From contig JAQGDQ010000540.1 of NCBI GenBank assembly GCA_030141605.1, positions 1 to 64,000 on the forward strand: 64,000 nt of DNA. The letters are read 5' to 3'. The DNA comes from Tubiluchus corallicola. Lineage: Eukaryota; Animalia; Priapulida. Position numbers and translations under genes: made by a program. Numbering within the stretch: the first letter of the stretch is position 1; the number at the start of each line of letters is the position of its first letter. Below are positions 41,501-55,700 of the stretch, in pieces. The notes below the pieces were generated by a model, which searched no databases, had not been told where the DNA came from, and saw only the letters and a program-made list of their open reading frames with translations.

Positions 41501-41604
41501 TACAATTTTAAGTCCATTCACGATGCATTTTTTACTCTCTCTTTTGTCAGTTACTAATTGTATAGCCCTTAGCATTTTTATGGATTGAGGCAAATAAATT
41601 ACAA

Positions 41605-41637
<33 letters not shown>

Positions 41638-44600
41638 ATGGCAAAATTGTACTAGTTTATAATAGAAAAAGTACAGAATACAATGCATGAGTTACTCGCT
41701 TATTGAGTTTTTTCTACTCAAATGCATTGATATGTTGCTTAGGACACAACCTAGCACTGTCATGCAGTCTGTTTCATAAATATGTTATTTAGAATGCCAT
41801 TTAGTATTATCATACATTGATTTTATCATAAAAATGTAGAATATGAAGTTACTCTATAATTGTGAGGGCACATTACAAAAACTGGCCAAAAAACTCGTTA
41901 CACAAACAATAAGAACGAGATGAGGTTCACGGCGAAACAGCTCTGTGTATAAAGTTATGTTGCAAGAGAGTAACCCAAAAACTAAAAATCTGATTTAAAA
42001 GTTCCTCAAGTTGGTTTTGCATAATATTGATAGTCTGAATGCAATAAATATGATCATGGGCAAAGAAATCAGGGTTGCTGAATATTATTTATATCTTTAA
42101 TCAACTTCCATGCATGTATGTTGCAAAGCAACAAGGTCTTACACAACAAGCAAATAACTTTCCAGCAGCAGTAACAAGAACCCTATTATATTGCTTTCAC
42201 ATGAATGACAACAGTGTCACAGTCAATTTAGACTCGATTTAAGCAAAGTCTCCTGTAGCTCGCTACACAGAAAATTGGTTGGGATGTAAATTAATCTTCG
42301 AGGTAAACAGCAAGCCAGTGCAATAATTACGGTTATTTAGTACCCAAAGCAATGTAAAAGCTAGCATGTTATTAATGAGCCTCATTTGCAGGTAAGTCAT
42401 ATCACAAGACGAATGTAAATGTCTGTGTGTATTGCATGATAAAATAAACAACTGCCTGAACTACTTTAGTTCAAACACAAAAACTCCTTAAATATTAACC
42501 TCTTAGAAGAACAAAAAAATGCAATATCAGGCTTTAGTTTTAATACACACAACAGAACAATATCACAGTATTACAGTAAAGTAAATACGGATATGTTTAT
42601 GGCACCAGAAATGTGGAATATTATTCACAATGAAGGCTTGGTTACGCGTGAAAAGTGGCCAAAGGAAATCTACAACTTACATGTATATTTGACATTAAAT
42701 GTCATTTCTGGCTGTTATGCTGAATTACAGTGCAGCTTTACTAATGTTTAAGTTTACTAATGAAGAAGAGCAAAGTACGCTCAGCCATGCATGTCCCTAT
42801 TCAACCTGTTCTTCACAAAAACGACAAAATGCCACCTTTTTTCAATAAATTAGCTGAAGTTTTACCTGTAAAGCTGCAAACATCATCATTTCTTCCTCTG
42901 TACATTCCAGCTCTTCGCCAAGAAGCGACCATCTTGCCTGGCTGTAGATTTGATTTATTCTGATGGCATCATACTGCAAAAAAACTTCATCCTAGCTCAG
43001 TCGGTAGGCAACTGGGATTTAATAACACCAGAATGGCAAGGGACAACAATGGCAGTAAAAAATTCCTTCTGTTATATAGCACTAGTGACTATTACTACTT
43101 TAAATAATGAACTTCTTGCAGGAAACCCATCTGAAACAAATGCACTTTATATTCACCAATTAAAGATGCCTTTAAGCAGATACGGCCGCTTTTACAGAAA
43201 CCAGTGCATTTTCCCTTTTGCTTAGCAGAGGTAGCAAATTGCTTAAATACCAAATAGGACTGATTGACAAAAAGCTCTGCACATGTGGTCATACACCTGA
43301 AACCACTAAACATCTAATAGATGATTGCCCTTTAGTTGCATGTAACTTAAGACCGGAACTTGTGACTGTCATGAGCAATAAGAATGTTCAAGATATATAT
43401 AGAAATAGGGATAAATGTGCTCCTGAAATATATATTAGCATTGTCGTGAATTAATTAGAGTTGGAATGATCAGCAATTACAGTAACTAAGATTCCAAATT
43501 ATATGTAGTAACATTATTCATTGCCAGGTGTTATTTTCGTGTGTCTATATATATATAATGACTTACAATAAAAGTTGTAATATCTATTTATTATACTTGT
43601 AAAGCTAAAAGCTAGTTATAGGAAAGTAACACTTTAAGGAAATACCAATTATAATTATAACTTTGCAATTAGAACTAAGTCTACTACTCGTTATAAGCTT
43701 ACTTGCAAAAAGCAAAATCTAGTCAAACATAATTAAATGTAACGCTACAGCTTGAAACTGTAAATGTAATTGGAGCCTTTTTTGTATTTCAACATGAATG
43801 TATATTATGATGTGTAAATAAGCTTAATCTCTAGCATTTAAGTAAATTTTGTGACTGTGCACTGCAAACAGAGGGCTTGTTTGGATTGTACAGTTGTATT
43901 ATGTATTTTTGAATAAATTAGCATTATAATAATAATAATAATAATTACTAGTTTAGCTAAAGTACTATTTTCAGTACAGCTAAATGTAGAAAAATTTCAA
44001 GTTGAATTAGCCTGCTGAGCACTTTTTTATCCAAACGTGATAGCATATTCGGTTTTTATCGACTTTTACCAAGATTTATTAATGAAATATGTGAAAATGA
44101 ATTATACTACATAACATTAAACAATTAAAACATTATAACAGAACGTGATAGCACAAGGTCATAACATTTAGGATGTAAGATGGAATCTTTTTGGCGCATA
44201 CATCTCGCAGTTGCACAAATTATGTTTTTAAATTTATGCTATTAAAGCGGCAAGTGATTTAAGTCCATGAATATACAAATTTTTGTCAACTTACAGCAGA
44301 ATTAAAGCCCCGTTTTCCTGATGGAAATCACGAAAAAGACAAACCAAACATGACTAGCCAGCAGAACATGATTTACGTAAAAATAATGCGTAACTGAATT
44401 ATTTCCTTTCTTTGTTTAACCAGTTGGGAGTATACCTACTTGTAACAAACATATAAACAAGAATTAATTGTTAATGAAATAACTTGCACTTGGATATTTT
44501 TATCACACCAGATGTGACACATCATTGGCAAATGGCACAGTTTTTGCTGCACAACAATAACAATGTAGTTTTTTCAAACAGAGAAAATGGATTTTCAGTG

Positions 44601-47600
44601 GGCAGCTTCACAACAGATATTTCATTTTTGTCATATTATTTAGTTTTTTTACTTGCATATACAAAATTACGTATGATTACAATATGCAACAGTTTTTAAC
44701 ACTGTATAATTTGAAACGCTGAGGACATTTCTTTCACAAATAAAAAAATGGATCTTAACTTTTTTGCGAAACCATAACAAAGCAGAAATCACCTTTCTAA
44801 AATGAAAAATTGAAACCAGAACCAAGACCAATCTTGGAAATGAAATGGTGTAACTTTTCAAAATGCATGGTAAATTTTGAAGAAATACAGAGAGGACAAT
44901 AAATTATTCTACTTTACCTTGGAGTTCAAGTCATAAAAGGTCAGAAACTTGTAGCGCAGTAAAAGTACATCATTGTCACGGAAACCCTGCTCCATCAACG
45001 ATATGGAAGAATCTAACCAGCTAAAGAAAAACACACAATTGCATTATAGCTGACATGTCAGAAGCATGAAAGACAGAGAAAGATAATAATACGGCTAAGT
45101 AGATTTTGTCCCATAAATGTCAAGCTGGGTAATTATCTCAACATATTTTTTGGAGTTGGCAATAAGCAAATAGAAAATTCAGCTACAGCAGTCAGATAAC
45201 AAAAGTCTAACTATTGTACTGTTGCGCAAAGGGATGGCTGTATGAATGGCTGTAAATGTTTCGCGAAAACTTCTCACAAATAATGGTGGGCTGGTGATAT
45301 AGTAGCAATACCAATAAAGTAAGTTACACCACCAATAAAGATCACCTAAGAGTAACAGTACAAAAAATGTGTTACCCGTTCATAGGCATTAAAACCTACA
45401 CATAATTAGTTAATTTACTTAATTAGATTAAGACTGTCAGGGTTTGAACCCGTCAGGATTTACAGCCAAAAATTTGCCACCATTAGCTAAGCTTTTATTG
45501 CCTAGAAGTCAGTATTTACTTAAGAAGTGCTTATCTTCTCACAACATTTTTGTGAATCTATCAGTGGCATAGCTAATAGAGGGAAGCAAGGGGAGTAACT
45601 GCTCCCCCGAGCACATTCTCAAAATTGGTGCCTTTTCAACATTTCCCACAATGCTTCAGTTTGTTTCCGTTTTACATTTAAAATTTAAACAATTAAGTAA
45701 AACATGTATTTTTATTATGTTTTGAGATTTGTGAGCTTACTGTAAAATATTGTTGTTTTTAATTTTAAATAAAAAAATAACAATTATGTGCTTCCTTTAA
45801 TCTAAAACACAATATTAAAATGTATAATCAATACATTAAAAACTGTTTTTTATGCGTCACGGTGCCTTGGCTGCACCCCTGGAATCTATTTGCTTTATGG
45901 AAAAGCAGACATCTTGAACATACCCAGACAAGTTTTGAGCAGCCATGTTAATTAGAGCTTACATCTTACAGCATGGATAGGGGTTAAGCGTAAAAGACCA
46001 CTTTTACCCCTCCAATGCTTTATTTATGTTGAATATTCTAGTAGGTTACCTACCCAGCATTAATCCTTGCCTTCTCAACAAAGTTTTTTGGTCGCGGTAA
46101 CTGGTCAGTTACCTCTTTAGGTGGCATGACTGGGCTGATGGCTAAAGCGGAAGGATCAATACCATTCAGTGTACTGTCTAATGAGAGACTGTGAGCTGAA
46201 CCAGGTGTCATTGTTCCATTGGCATTAAATGATGTTGATATTCCTCCAGGTGTATTTGGACTTTTGAATATGGTTGCCTGTAAATATAATCACACTCTGA
46301 AAAATTTGTTAGCAGCCAGAGACCATAAAAAGCATACAGAATTCAGAATATTCAAAGGGCAATATTACAATAAAAATGAAAATTCACATTCGGTTGTTAA
46401 ATGTGTGCTTGCAAACCAAAACTGTCCATAAGTCGGCATAGTCAAATCTACGTTACGATGATTCAAAGTAGAAAGCACCAAAACTTTCTTCAATGTCAAT
46501 TTTTTATTTTTTATGAAAACAAATGCTAAATATATTGGACTTTTATATTCTAGCATTAAATTAACAAGAAAATGTCGAAAAATAATAAGAATCTAATTTT
46601 ATAACTCCTTACCCACATTTCTGTCTAGAAACTAGTACTGCAATTGCAAAAAAACTTGTATTTTCAAACTTCGATAGTAGCTCATGGAAGCAGCCACTTT
46701 GCTTTGGTTTTTTCTGTTGACAAGACCAGATCTTCATCAGGAAGAGCCATCTACTGGATTTAAACATAACTTCAATTTGCTCTTGTAAAATCCATAGCAA
46801 TCACACTTTCGTACAGTTGTAAAGTGTTTTGTAGAGACGCGACAAAAAACAATGGCCAACTTTTACGGAGATTTTCTCAAGATTATGTTTATCAGTGCAT
46901 AGCCTTCAACGTGGATTAGCTTAGGAGTAACAAAGAGCGATGAGCTTGGTATCAAAATGTTCCTCATGAAATGGATATTCAGGATGTGTGAATAACTAGA
47001 AAAGCTTGATTACCGACTTATGGACGGTTTTGCTATGCAAGCACACAAATACTGTTTTATAAAATAATGCTGTGTTTATTTAGGACGGGTTGAAAAATTT
47101 ATTATATATAGGCTTTCTCTCCATTCTCTACAAGAAATTTAGCTTAAACTTTTAGAATATTTCCTTGACAGACCACTGAATCAACTATGTGGAAATAAGT
47201 AGGAAATTTTATCACTTTGGATGTAAGTAAAACCATCATTAGCAAACAGCAGTATTTTCACGCTCACCAAAAATGAGCACATGCGACGAGTTAATTAGTT
47301 ATTTACATGGCTAAATTAACAAGGAAAATCATTGCTCAACATAATTTTATTATAATTTCTAGATCATGCTGGGCTGCAGGCCAAAAAAGCATCATTGATT
47401 TTACAATCATCACACATGCTGTTTGTAGATTAGTTCATACAACAATGCACAGCTACTGGTTAGTCAATAGGACAATGCGACAAGCCGCATAAACTATATT
47501 TGCACTACAAAGTGAGGTGAGGGCGCATCATGGATCCTTTTGTTCGGTTTCACACAAGTTTGTGTGGTTTAGACTACTTGTTTACGCATTTAATTACATA

Positions 47601-50600
47601 TTGGCTACATGGATTCATTTTTCTACTTTGCCATAAAAACATAACCTAGTCTATTCACTAGTCAGTATAAAAATTACTAAATGCATGATAAAGTTCATCA
47701 AGTATCTACTCAAATATATTCTTGCTACGGGATTTTGATCCAGCTCACTAATTTAAGCAGGGTAACTTCTGCGTTTACACTACAAATAGTGAAGGGATCC
47801 TTTGAGACCACCATCTTCACTATTAATCCCATTTACAGTAAGCAGAAAATCTACAATGAGTCTTGGTTTTTTTAACCCAAGTCTGGAGAAAATGCTCTCA
47901 CAGTCAAAAAAGCCAAGATTTGTCTACTGCTACATAAGAGATGTGGTCTCAGAATTTTTCGCAGAAGGCAGGTGGCCAGAGAAATTATTCATGGCACACT
48001 CGTTTATGAGTTCACTTAGCTAGTATTTAGGGCAAACAGAAAACTGATTAAGCCAAAAACTATGAAACCGTTTTCCTGCAGAGTGCAAAGACTTTTCTAC
48101 CAACAGATGTTTTAACACTTTGCACTGACTAGTATGCATGGTTTTTTGAGAAAACGAAAAACATAACCTTGACACAGAAAATGAGAATACACATCAACAA
48201 CTTGGTTCTTTTGCTGCCACCTGCTATCACATAAAATTCATCACAATTGTGGGCACAAAGTCAAAGGTTTTTGAAACAAGAAAAATAAAATAAATAGAAA
48301 TAAAATTTAATGGGAAACATTTGGAGTGTAAAGTCGATACTAAAATGAAAAATAATCATTTATCTCGAAAACGCATTGAAACAAAAAATGCAATTCGTCG
48401 ATGAAAGAAAGCTTCGAGTTTATAGAACTTGGAAAATGAATGGATAAGAATAAGTTTAGAAATCTCACAGAAGTCAGATGTATTTGATACTCAAGATTCA
48501 TATATGGTGAAACCTGCTTGAACAGAAAAACTAGACTCTTAAAGATGTACAAAAGCTTCTGACAATTAAATAGTAATTTCAGTATATGGCAACACAAACA
48601 TTTAAACATCATTTGTAAATTCAATCTCATTAAATACGACAAGAGCTGGCTGAAAAGAAATCATTTTTCCAAAGAAGAGGGCAGAGTGTGGAATTTCCAC
48701 GAAATGGATTTTGTAAGAAAATTGTTACATTGGAACCAGTATAAGCAGAAAGAATAAAAATTCTATAAGAAAGTGATCCTATAAGCAGGAATTCTCAAAT
48801 GTAGCTAGCACGGTCATTAATGACAGGAGAACTGCCAAAATTAGATTAAATAATTTTTATACGACCAGCTGTACAGCATGTACACGATACAGAGAATGCT
48901 CATACCGAATGCGTTCTGACGCTGAATTAGATTAAAGCAGAATTAGATCCGATTAAATCATTAAAGTAAGTGACTGCAGCCATTGTCAGTCACACATCAC
49001 TATGTAAAGGTAAAGTTTTATAGATGATTTATATATCAAATTATAAGAAAGCTGACTGTATTGACCTATAAAATCAATTTATACACAAAAGAACATAAGC
49101 TTTGCTTCATACTTTGCTTGTAAGACATCAATAATTTTTCTTGCTTTGCTAAAAAAGATGTACTACAAAGTGACAATCAAACGTCATGTTGATGCCCTCA
49201 GGATGAGAAACTGGTCAATAGTTTGTTGCATTGTTCTAACAAAACAAAAGTGCAATTACAAGTTTGAACCCAAATTAATACTTTTTTGTTGGGCGTGCCT
49301 AGCAACTTTTGTTGAATGTTTGCATGGTCATCACACACTATAATTACTGTTTTCAATTCTCACCACAAAAAGTTTCCAAGTGTAAAGACTTAATGCAAAA
49401 GTTAAACCGCTGCTATTGAATTATACAGTTTCTCTGAACTCTACTGATTAACTTTGCACAATCACTTGAGAGTTGTAATTTTGACTTGAACAGAACTACT
49501 CATGCTCTGCTGAGGGCTTACAGGCTGAGGAAATTAGCAAAGCTTAACCTAAATGCTAAACCACTCAGGCTATAACTACTGATGCTGTTGTTAGTAATAT
49601 ATGAGAGACACTCACATTTGAATCGAGCATTTACGAACAACTAAGGGGCATTAACAGCAGTAATCATGTTTTGGTGCTTGTTAAAAGAAAATATTTTAAC
49701 ATCTTGTGTAACTTTGTTATCAATTACAAGCTTAAACTCAATTTTTCATACGGTTAAGGGCACGCCAGGGTACTTATAGTTCCAGTAAGCCAGTGGGTCG
49801 GATGTTGGATACTCCAGATGTTCATTGCTCTTGCTCAAAGCTTTACGCATTGTACCCTACATATCCACAAAGTGAAAAATTCTTAAGTGAACAACTTTCA
49901 CAGTACCTAAAAAGTGAGGACAAACTAATGTTTTGTTTTCTTGTGGAATAATAAACTGCTGTGAAAAATTCAGAAAAGATGATATATTTATTTTACTTTT
50001 CCTATAACTATAATTCAATCATTTGTGATGGTCACTGAATCGAACTTTCAACATTTATTGAAACGATATCAGTGATAAGATTTGTATTAATTTATAAGCA
50101 TAATGACTTGAAATTATTCTGCTATTATTGTACCTGCCTAATCAATATACAAATTAAGAGAAACAAAAATTGTCTGAATTTGTCCAATGATGTGAATTAA
50201 AAGTTCATACAATAATTAAACTTGTACCAAAACTGACTATAAGTCATACTTGTACCCAATAAAATAAATATTTTATTTTACTTCTTTTCACATCTTAATG
50301 ATTGATGAAGCAAATTACATATGACTTACAAAATAGAAATTAATAAATTAACATTAAAATTTATTTTTCAAATCATTTATTAAACTAAACGCCTGCAAAC
50401 CTGTGGTGTCGTAGGTCCAGGTGATCGGCTACCTGGCGGTACTTGTGATTGGTTAGGTGGCGCTAAGTGTCCACTGCTGTGATGCTGAATGTTTTCTGGC
50501 TTCTTTCCCTTTTTAATTACCTCTTTATCCAACACTCGCATTAATGACAGTTCTTCTGGATGTCTAATGCCTGAAAGAAACATGCAAATTAGAAGCTTCA

Positions 50601-52605
50601 ATCACTTTCAGAATCATTTGAAACACTTTAACCACAGGCAAAGTACACGTTACTGTGGCTTCCAAATTTTAAAGTAGAAATAGGCAAAACAAGTGTCAGA
50701 TAACTTACACAAAAACCTATCAGAAAACTTATTAAATTGCAAGGTATGTACATATTTTGAAGTATCAGCAACTTTCATATCACTGCTACATCTAACTAGA
50801 GCTCTCCAGATATTCATTTTAAATTAAATAGCTTCTTTACTCTAAAGCATTCCCAAGTTCTGCTTCTTGTCACCTTGCAGGTAACATTTTTAAAACTCCA
50901 ACCCTTTTAAATTATTAATCCTGTATTAAATTTGCCTTCAGTTGCATAGCAATTACATATATTGATTTTTTTGGCTAAAGTTTGCAATTCCCCATACAGA
51001 GAAATTAGTTCGTGAAACAGATTTGGTTAGGGTTAGGATTAGGGTTAGAGTTGGGTTAGGGTTAGAGCTGGATTAGGGTTAGGGTTACAGCCTACTTGTG
51101 TTTTTAATTGTAAATTCATTTTATTGTAAAACACTATTGCTCACAGGAGTGAAAACACTGGTTATACTATCAATTTTTGAATGTGTAATGACGTGCAATT
51201 GTTACAGCAATAAAGAATTTTATTATCATGAGGCTTAGGGTTGGGTTAGGTTAGGGTATTTATATTGTGTGGGGAATTGTAAACGCCTTCCAATTTTTTC
51301 ATAGCAGTGTTGTCTTTGGTTTCTCTGGAGGTCATTCTACAAATTTCAGCACTCAAGTTAATGCTAACCTTACAGGGACCATTTCTGGATCCTGCCTATT
51401 TTAATTTTTGTGCTTAAAATTAATTAGTTATTAATAAGCCATGAACAACGATCTTTGTCTCTGTTTTTTTGTTGTAGTGACAAGCCGAAAAAATAAATTT
51501 TATGAAAGTATACATAAATCCCAGGGTTTATAATGATGTTAGCAATACTTAGACATCATAATTAATAAGCTACGACCAACTTACCTAATTCTTTACAGAT
51601 ACTAACTACTGTAGCAAAAACTTTAACAGAATAGTCCACTCTCATGTCTATGAATTGTAAATCAGGAAGCTGCAGACGCATGACTTTGTGCATAGGTGTA
51701 AAATTCAACACAGCATCAGCTTGGACACCATACTGATCCAATGTGGAGCGTGTCCGTGACAACCAGGTGTTCTTCGCTGGCCACCAGAGAGCGTGGTCTG
51801 ACCAGTCTTGGACTATCTCCGAGGAAGCTTAAAAATGTTAAGCAATAACTTCTTAACTTTTTGTCAAGTGGAAAAATTGCAATTAGTTCAAAGTAAGAAA
51901 ATACAGGTAAAAAATTAAATTAGCATGACTGCAGCAACACAATTTTGTACCAAAATGAAGGAGCAAAGGATATTACTGTTTCATCTACATGAAAAACTGA
52001 AGAACATATGTGACCGAAAGAATTATATTTGATGTGTTTTAGAGGGATAGACTTGTGTTTTTCAGAACAGTTTTTCCTAGAAAATCTTCTGTCACAAAAA
52101 ATTTACAGCAAACTTTTTTGTTAGAAGAACTTTCCCAGAAAACATTTTTTCCAGAACCATTATTGCATAGAAAATATAATAGATTCTTTTTTTACAGCTC
52201 AGTTAGATATTACGCAATAGAAAAGTACTATGATGAAAATATTGTAGTTTATTCAAACTACGTGTACTGATTGATATGGATCATATAATAAAAAATTCGG
52301 TCAAGTCGTTCAGGCGAGAAAGTAAATTTGTAACATCAGAACAATTAGGTAGCAAATTATGCTGGTCTTTCCATATGCCGGTATTTCGTAAGTGCATGAG
52401 TGCAGAAATTTCATGAGTGACTTTACGTAAGTTTTATAGACTTGTACAGGGAAGTGTACAGAAACTTGTGCTCATACTGCGGCGACTAAACTGCAAAAGC
52501 TCAAGCTATAACCTATTCTTTCTGCATTATTTAGAGCTAAAGATTTGTTCAGCAATCGAACTTGGTGTTATTCGAATGTAATTTAAAAAATCCATTTGTG
52601 TTTAG

Positions 52606-52704
<99 letters not shown>

Positions 52705-55700
52705 TTCGCTGTCTCTCCATCTCTTTTGCCCCCCATCTCTTTTGTTCGTTCATTCACTTTCTGCCCTCCTTTAATTGTTATCTACACTCTACAGCACTAA
52801 TGGATATCAAAGCCAGAATTATTTAAAATGAGCAACGTCAATCTTATTTTTAAGTTGTGTTTTGGAAAAGTATTTTACTTAGAAAATTCGTAGCTATAAT
52901 TTTAAGTTGCTTTTAGGGTAAAATTGCTTTCTCAAAGTAATTTGCAATCACTTCAAATTCTATTGATTTTCATATGAATTGAAAATGATTAAAAGTTTAA
53001 TGAATAGTAAATGTAAAAAAGAAAACGGAGGCTTTGAGATTTACAGGTATAGATTTGTTAATATCTATCTATGTCACTTTGAATCCAAAATCCAAATGCT
53101 ACCTTTTGTGTCTAAACACTTATTAATTCAAGTTACCTAAGTGCCTAAATGTCATATTTTAAAAATATCTAGTGCTCAAATGTCCTACGTGTCTAAAACT
53201 CTTAGTGTAAACACCTTACGCATTACACATTACGCATCCAATTAACTACCCGTCTAAATGTCCTATATGTCCAAATGTCCTTGTGTTGAAATGTCTTATA
53301 TGACGAAATGTTTTCACACCGTTCAGTGTTTCTGATGACAATCTTTGATGATGAACTGTGGACAAAGTATTCTGGTCCTCATCAACGAATAGGTCAACAA
53401 TGAGGACAATTTTATGTTGGGCCAAAATAAGCCAACGTACTTTTAAATTCATTTACTAAATAGCCAGAATGTTCAGAAACTTGCAGAGTTTAACTCCCAC
53501 TGTTAAATGTATAAATATATTGCTCAACAAAGTTCTAATATTCACACGAGTTTTAATTAATCCCGCGGACGTTCCGACAACGCCCGAAATTCAACTTACA
53601 ACCCTTGACTATAAAATAAAAAAACTATAAATCAACTGCTAGTGAAGCTGCTGACGAAATACCAAAACTTGTGAGAAGTTAATTAGCAAGTGAAGCCAGA
53701 GAAGCAACTATTTAAAGACCCAATAAAAACGCAGAGAAGCCAGTGAGTAATAATTGGCTACACCCCAGAGACGTACAGCTACTGATATCAGCCACCTTCA
53801 TTAGGCACCAGACTGGGTTTGTGAAATTGGGGCATCCTGGAAGAGGCTGATAATTATAGTGTGACGGTATCACTATGACGACTACTGGCGACGCAATACA
53901 TTCCGAATTAATAGAATTCAGAATCGATTTCTACTAAATCAAGGCCTGCTAAGATCCCGTTAAGAAAGTTCAGCAGATCAAAAATGATTTTACGCATTTA
54001 TACCTGACGCGCATACATTATGTACGTATATATCGGGTGGCGCAGAAAAATGTGGCGAAGTTTAGACTAAAATAATATCAGAAGCAACTACTGTACAAAG
54101 TTGAAATTTCACAATATGATATGCCATACAATAAGTTTTGGCCGTGAAAGCTACAAGTGTTTAGTTTCAATGGTGTTTAAGTTATGACTGAAAAGCTTTT
54201 GTATGTTAAAAAAATTAAATGTTTTTTTACGACATTTTTTTGACTTACTGCTTTAAAACCTCTGTAGATTTGGAAAAACCCAAGGAAGTGACCTGAAATT
54301 TTAGCGTTTATACATAATCGCCTAACACTAGTGTGAAAATTTTAAATTAATTTTATTTTTTCTTATGATATTGTGATCACAACTGCAGCACATTTTTTGC
54401 GCCACCTGATATAAAAAACTTCACAGTGCTGAAAGACAGCATCTAGTTGCTATAAAGAGGGGAAGACATTTGTCAGATATCTAGATCGTGTACGTATTTA
54501 ACTCACAGACGATGAATAAAATGAAACAGAGGTGGTTGCAGCCATAAACACAAAAGCATAAACAACATGGAGTTTTCATCATGCATAATTTGTTTCAATG
54601 AAAAGAAATTTAAATTTTTGTGTTCTATTTAAGTAACAAGAAATTAATAAATGAATATCATTTGATAATGGAAATAATGAAAGAAAATACTGTGGTGTTC
54701 AAGAAAACATCATAATCGATTATTAAACAAACGACCTACAGTTATCTTATAGATGTTTACAATATATTTTGACAAATTTCAAATCTGATTTTCCATAGTT
54801 TAAAAAGCAGCCAAATCAAAGAAGGGCTTATTAATTCAAAAATTAATACAGACACAACAAAACAAAATAGTAAAATTAATAACTTTTGCTCGCAAATATG
54901 ATCATGCTACACCATCATTCATAAAATTACAAATTTTAAAGGTAAGAGATATTTACAATCTTGAGTTGTTCAAATTTATGTATAAATTCAGTGCTGGTTT
55001 ATTATCAGAACTTTTTTGCGAATATTTCACTGATGTTTCTGATATGCATTCCCACTTCACAAGAGCTGCTTCTAATGAACAGTATTTTTTAGCCGACATG
55101 GTTTCAATAGCTTAAAATCACGAGGAGTAAAATTATGGAATTCGTTGCCAAAAGATACCTATGAAAGTAGCTTATTTTCAGCTTCCAAAAGATACACGAA
55201 AATCTTGCTGAATGGATATGCCTATAGTACGTAACTTGTAAGACTAATAAGCAAGCTAGCTAATTTTTTTCCTTATCTCCTAAGTAGTTGAAGCTTATTT
55301 TCATACGTATTTTTAGTCGTGAATTTTCTACATGACACTCTTTTTCTCATACTTTTTTTTTACGCTTATTTTTTCCATGCTCTCAGTTTTTAACTTCACT
55401 CACTAATCTTATTCAAATTCCCCTGTTAATAAGGCCCCATTTGAAACAACTACTTATAATACTACTACTACATATAATAATCCCATTACTGAATAATCTA
55501 CTTTCATTCATAAAATTCCCCCATCTTTAAAAAAGCGTACTAAATAAATGAAATTGTGGTCTCTTGCTGTTATGCATTACTAAAAATATTTTGCAAGTAC
55601 TACTTATTATTTTTCTTCATTTCCTTTACGCAAGTAACGCCATATAGATATAATTAGTTTTTGTAGATAGATTTTGTTGTCCCTTCATTGTTTCTTGCCG

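Noticed and set aside
45425-45495. Functional tRNA-Tyr
   Set aside because: A/B-box-like motifs only; stems do not pair, so kept as a possible SINE head.
49460-49524. Second candidate kindlin F1-loop exon (TTTCCTCAG|[13 protein letters not shown]..)
   Set aside because: Good acceptor but no convincing phase-0 donor, and a stop follows; needs RNA evidence.
51025-51257. True telomere or chromosome fusion site
   Set aside because: Short, degenerate, one orientation only, and bounded by TIRs within an intron.
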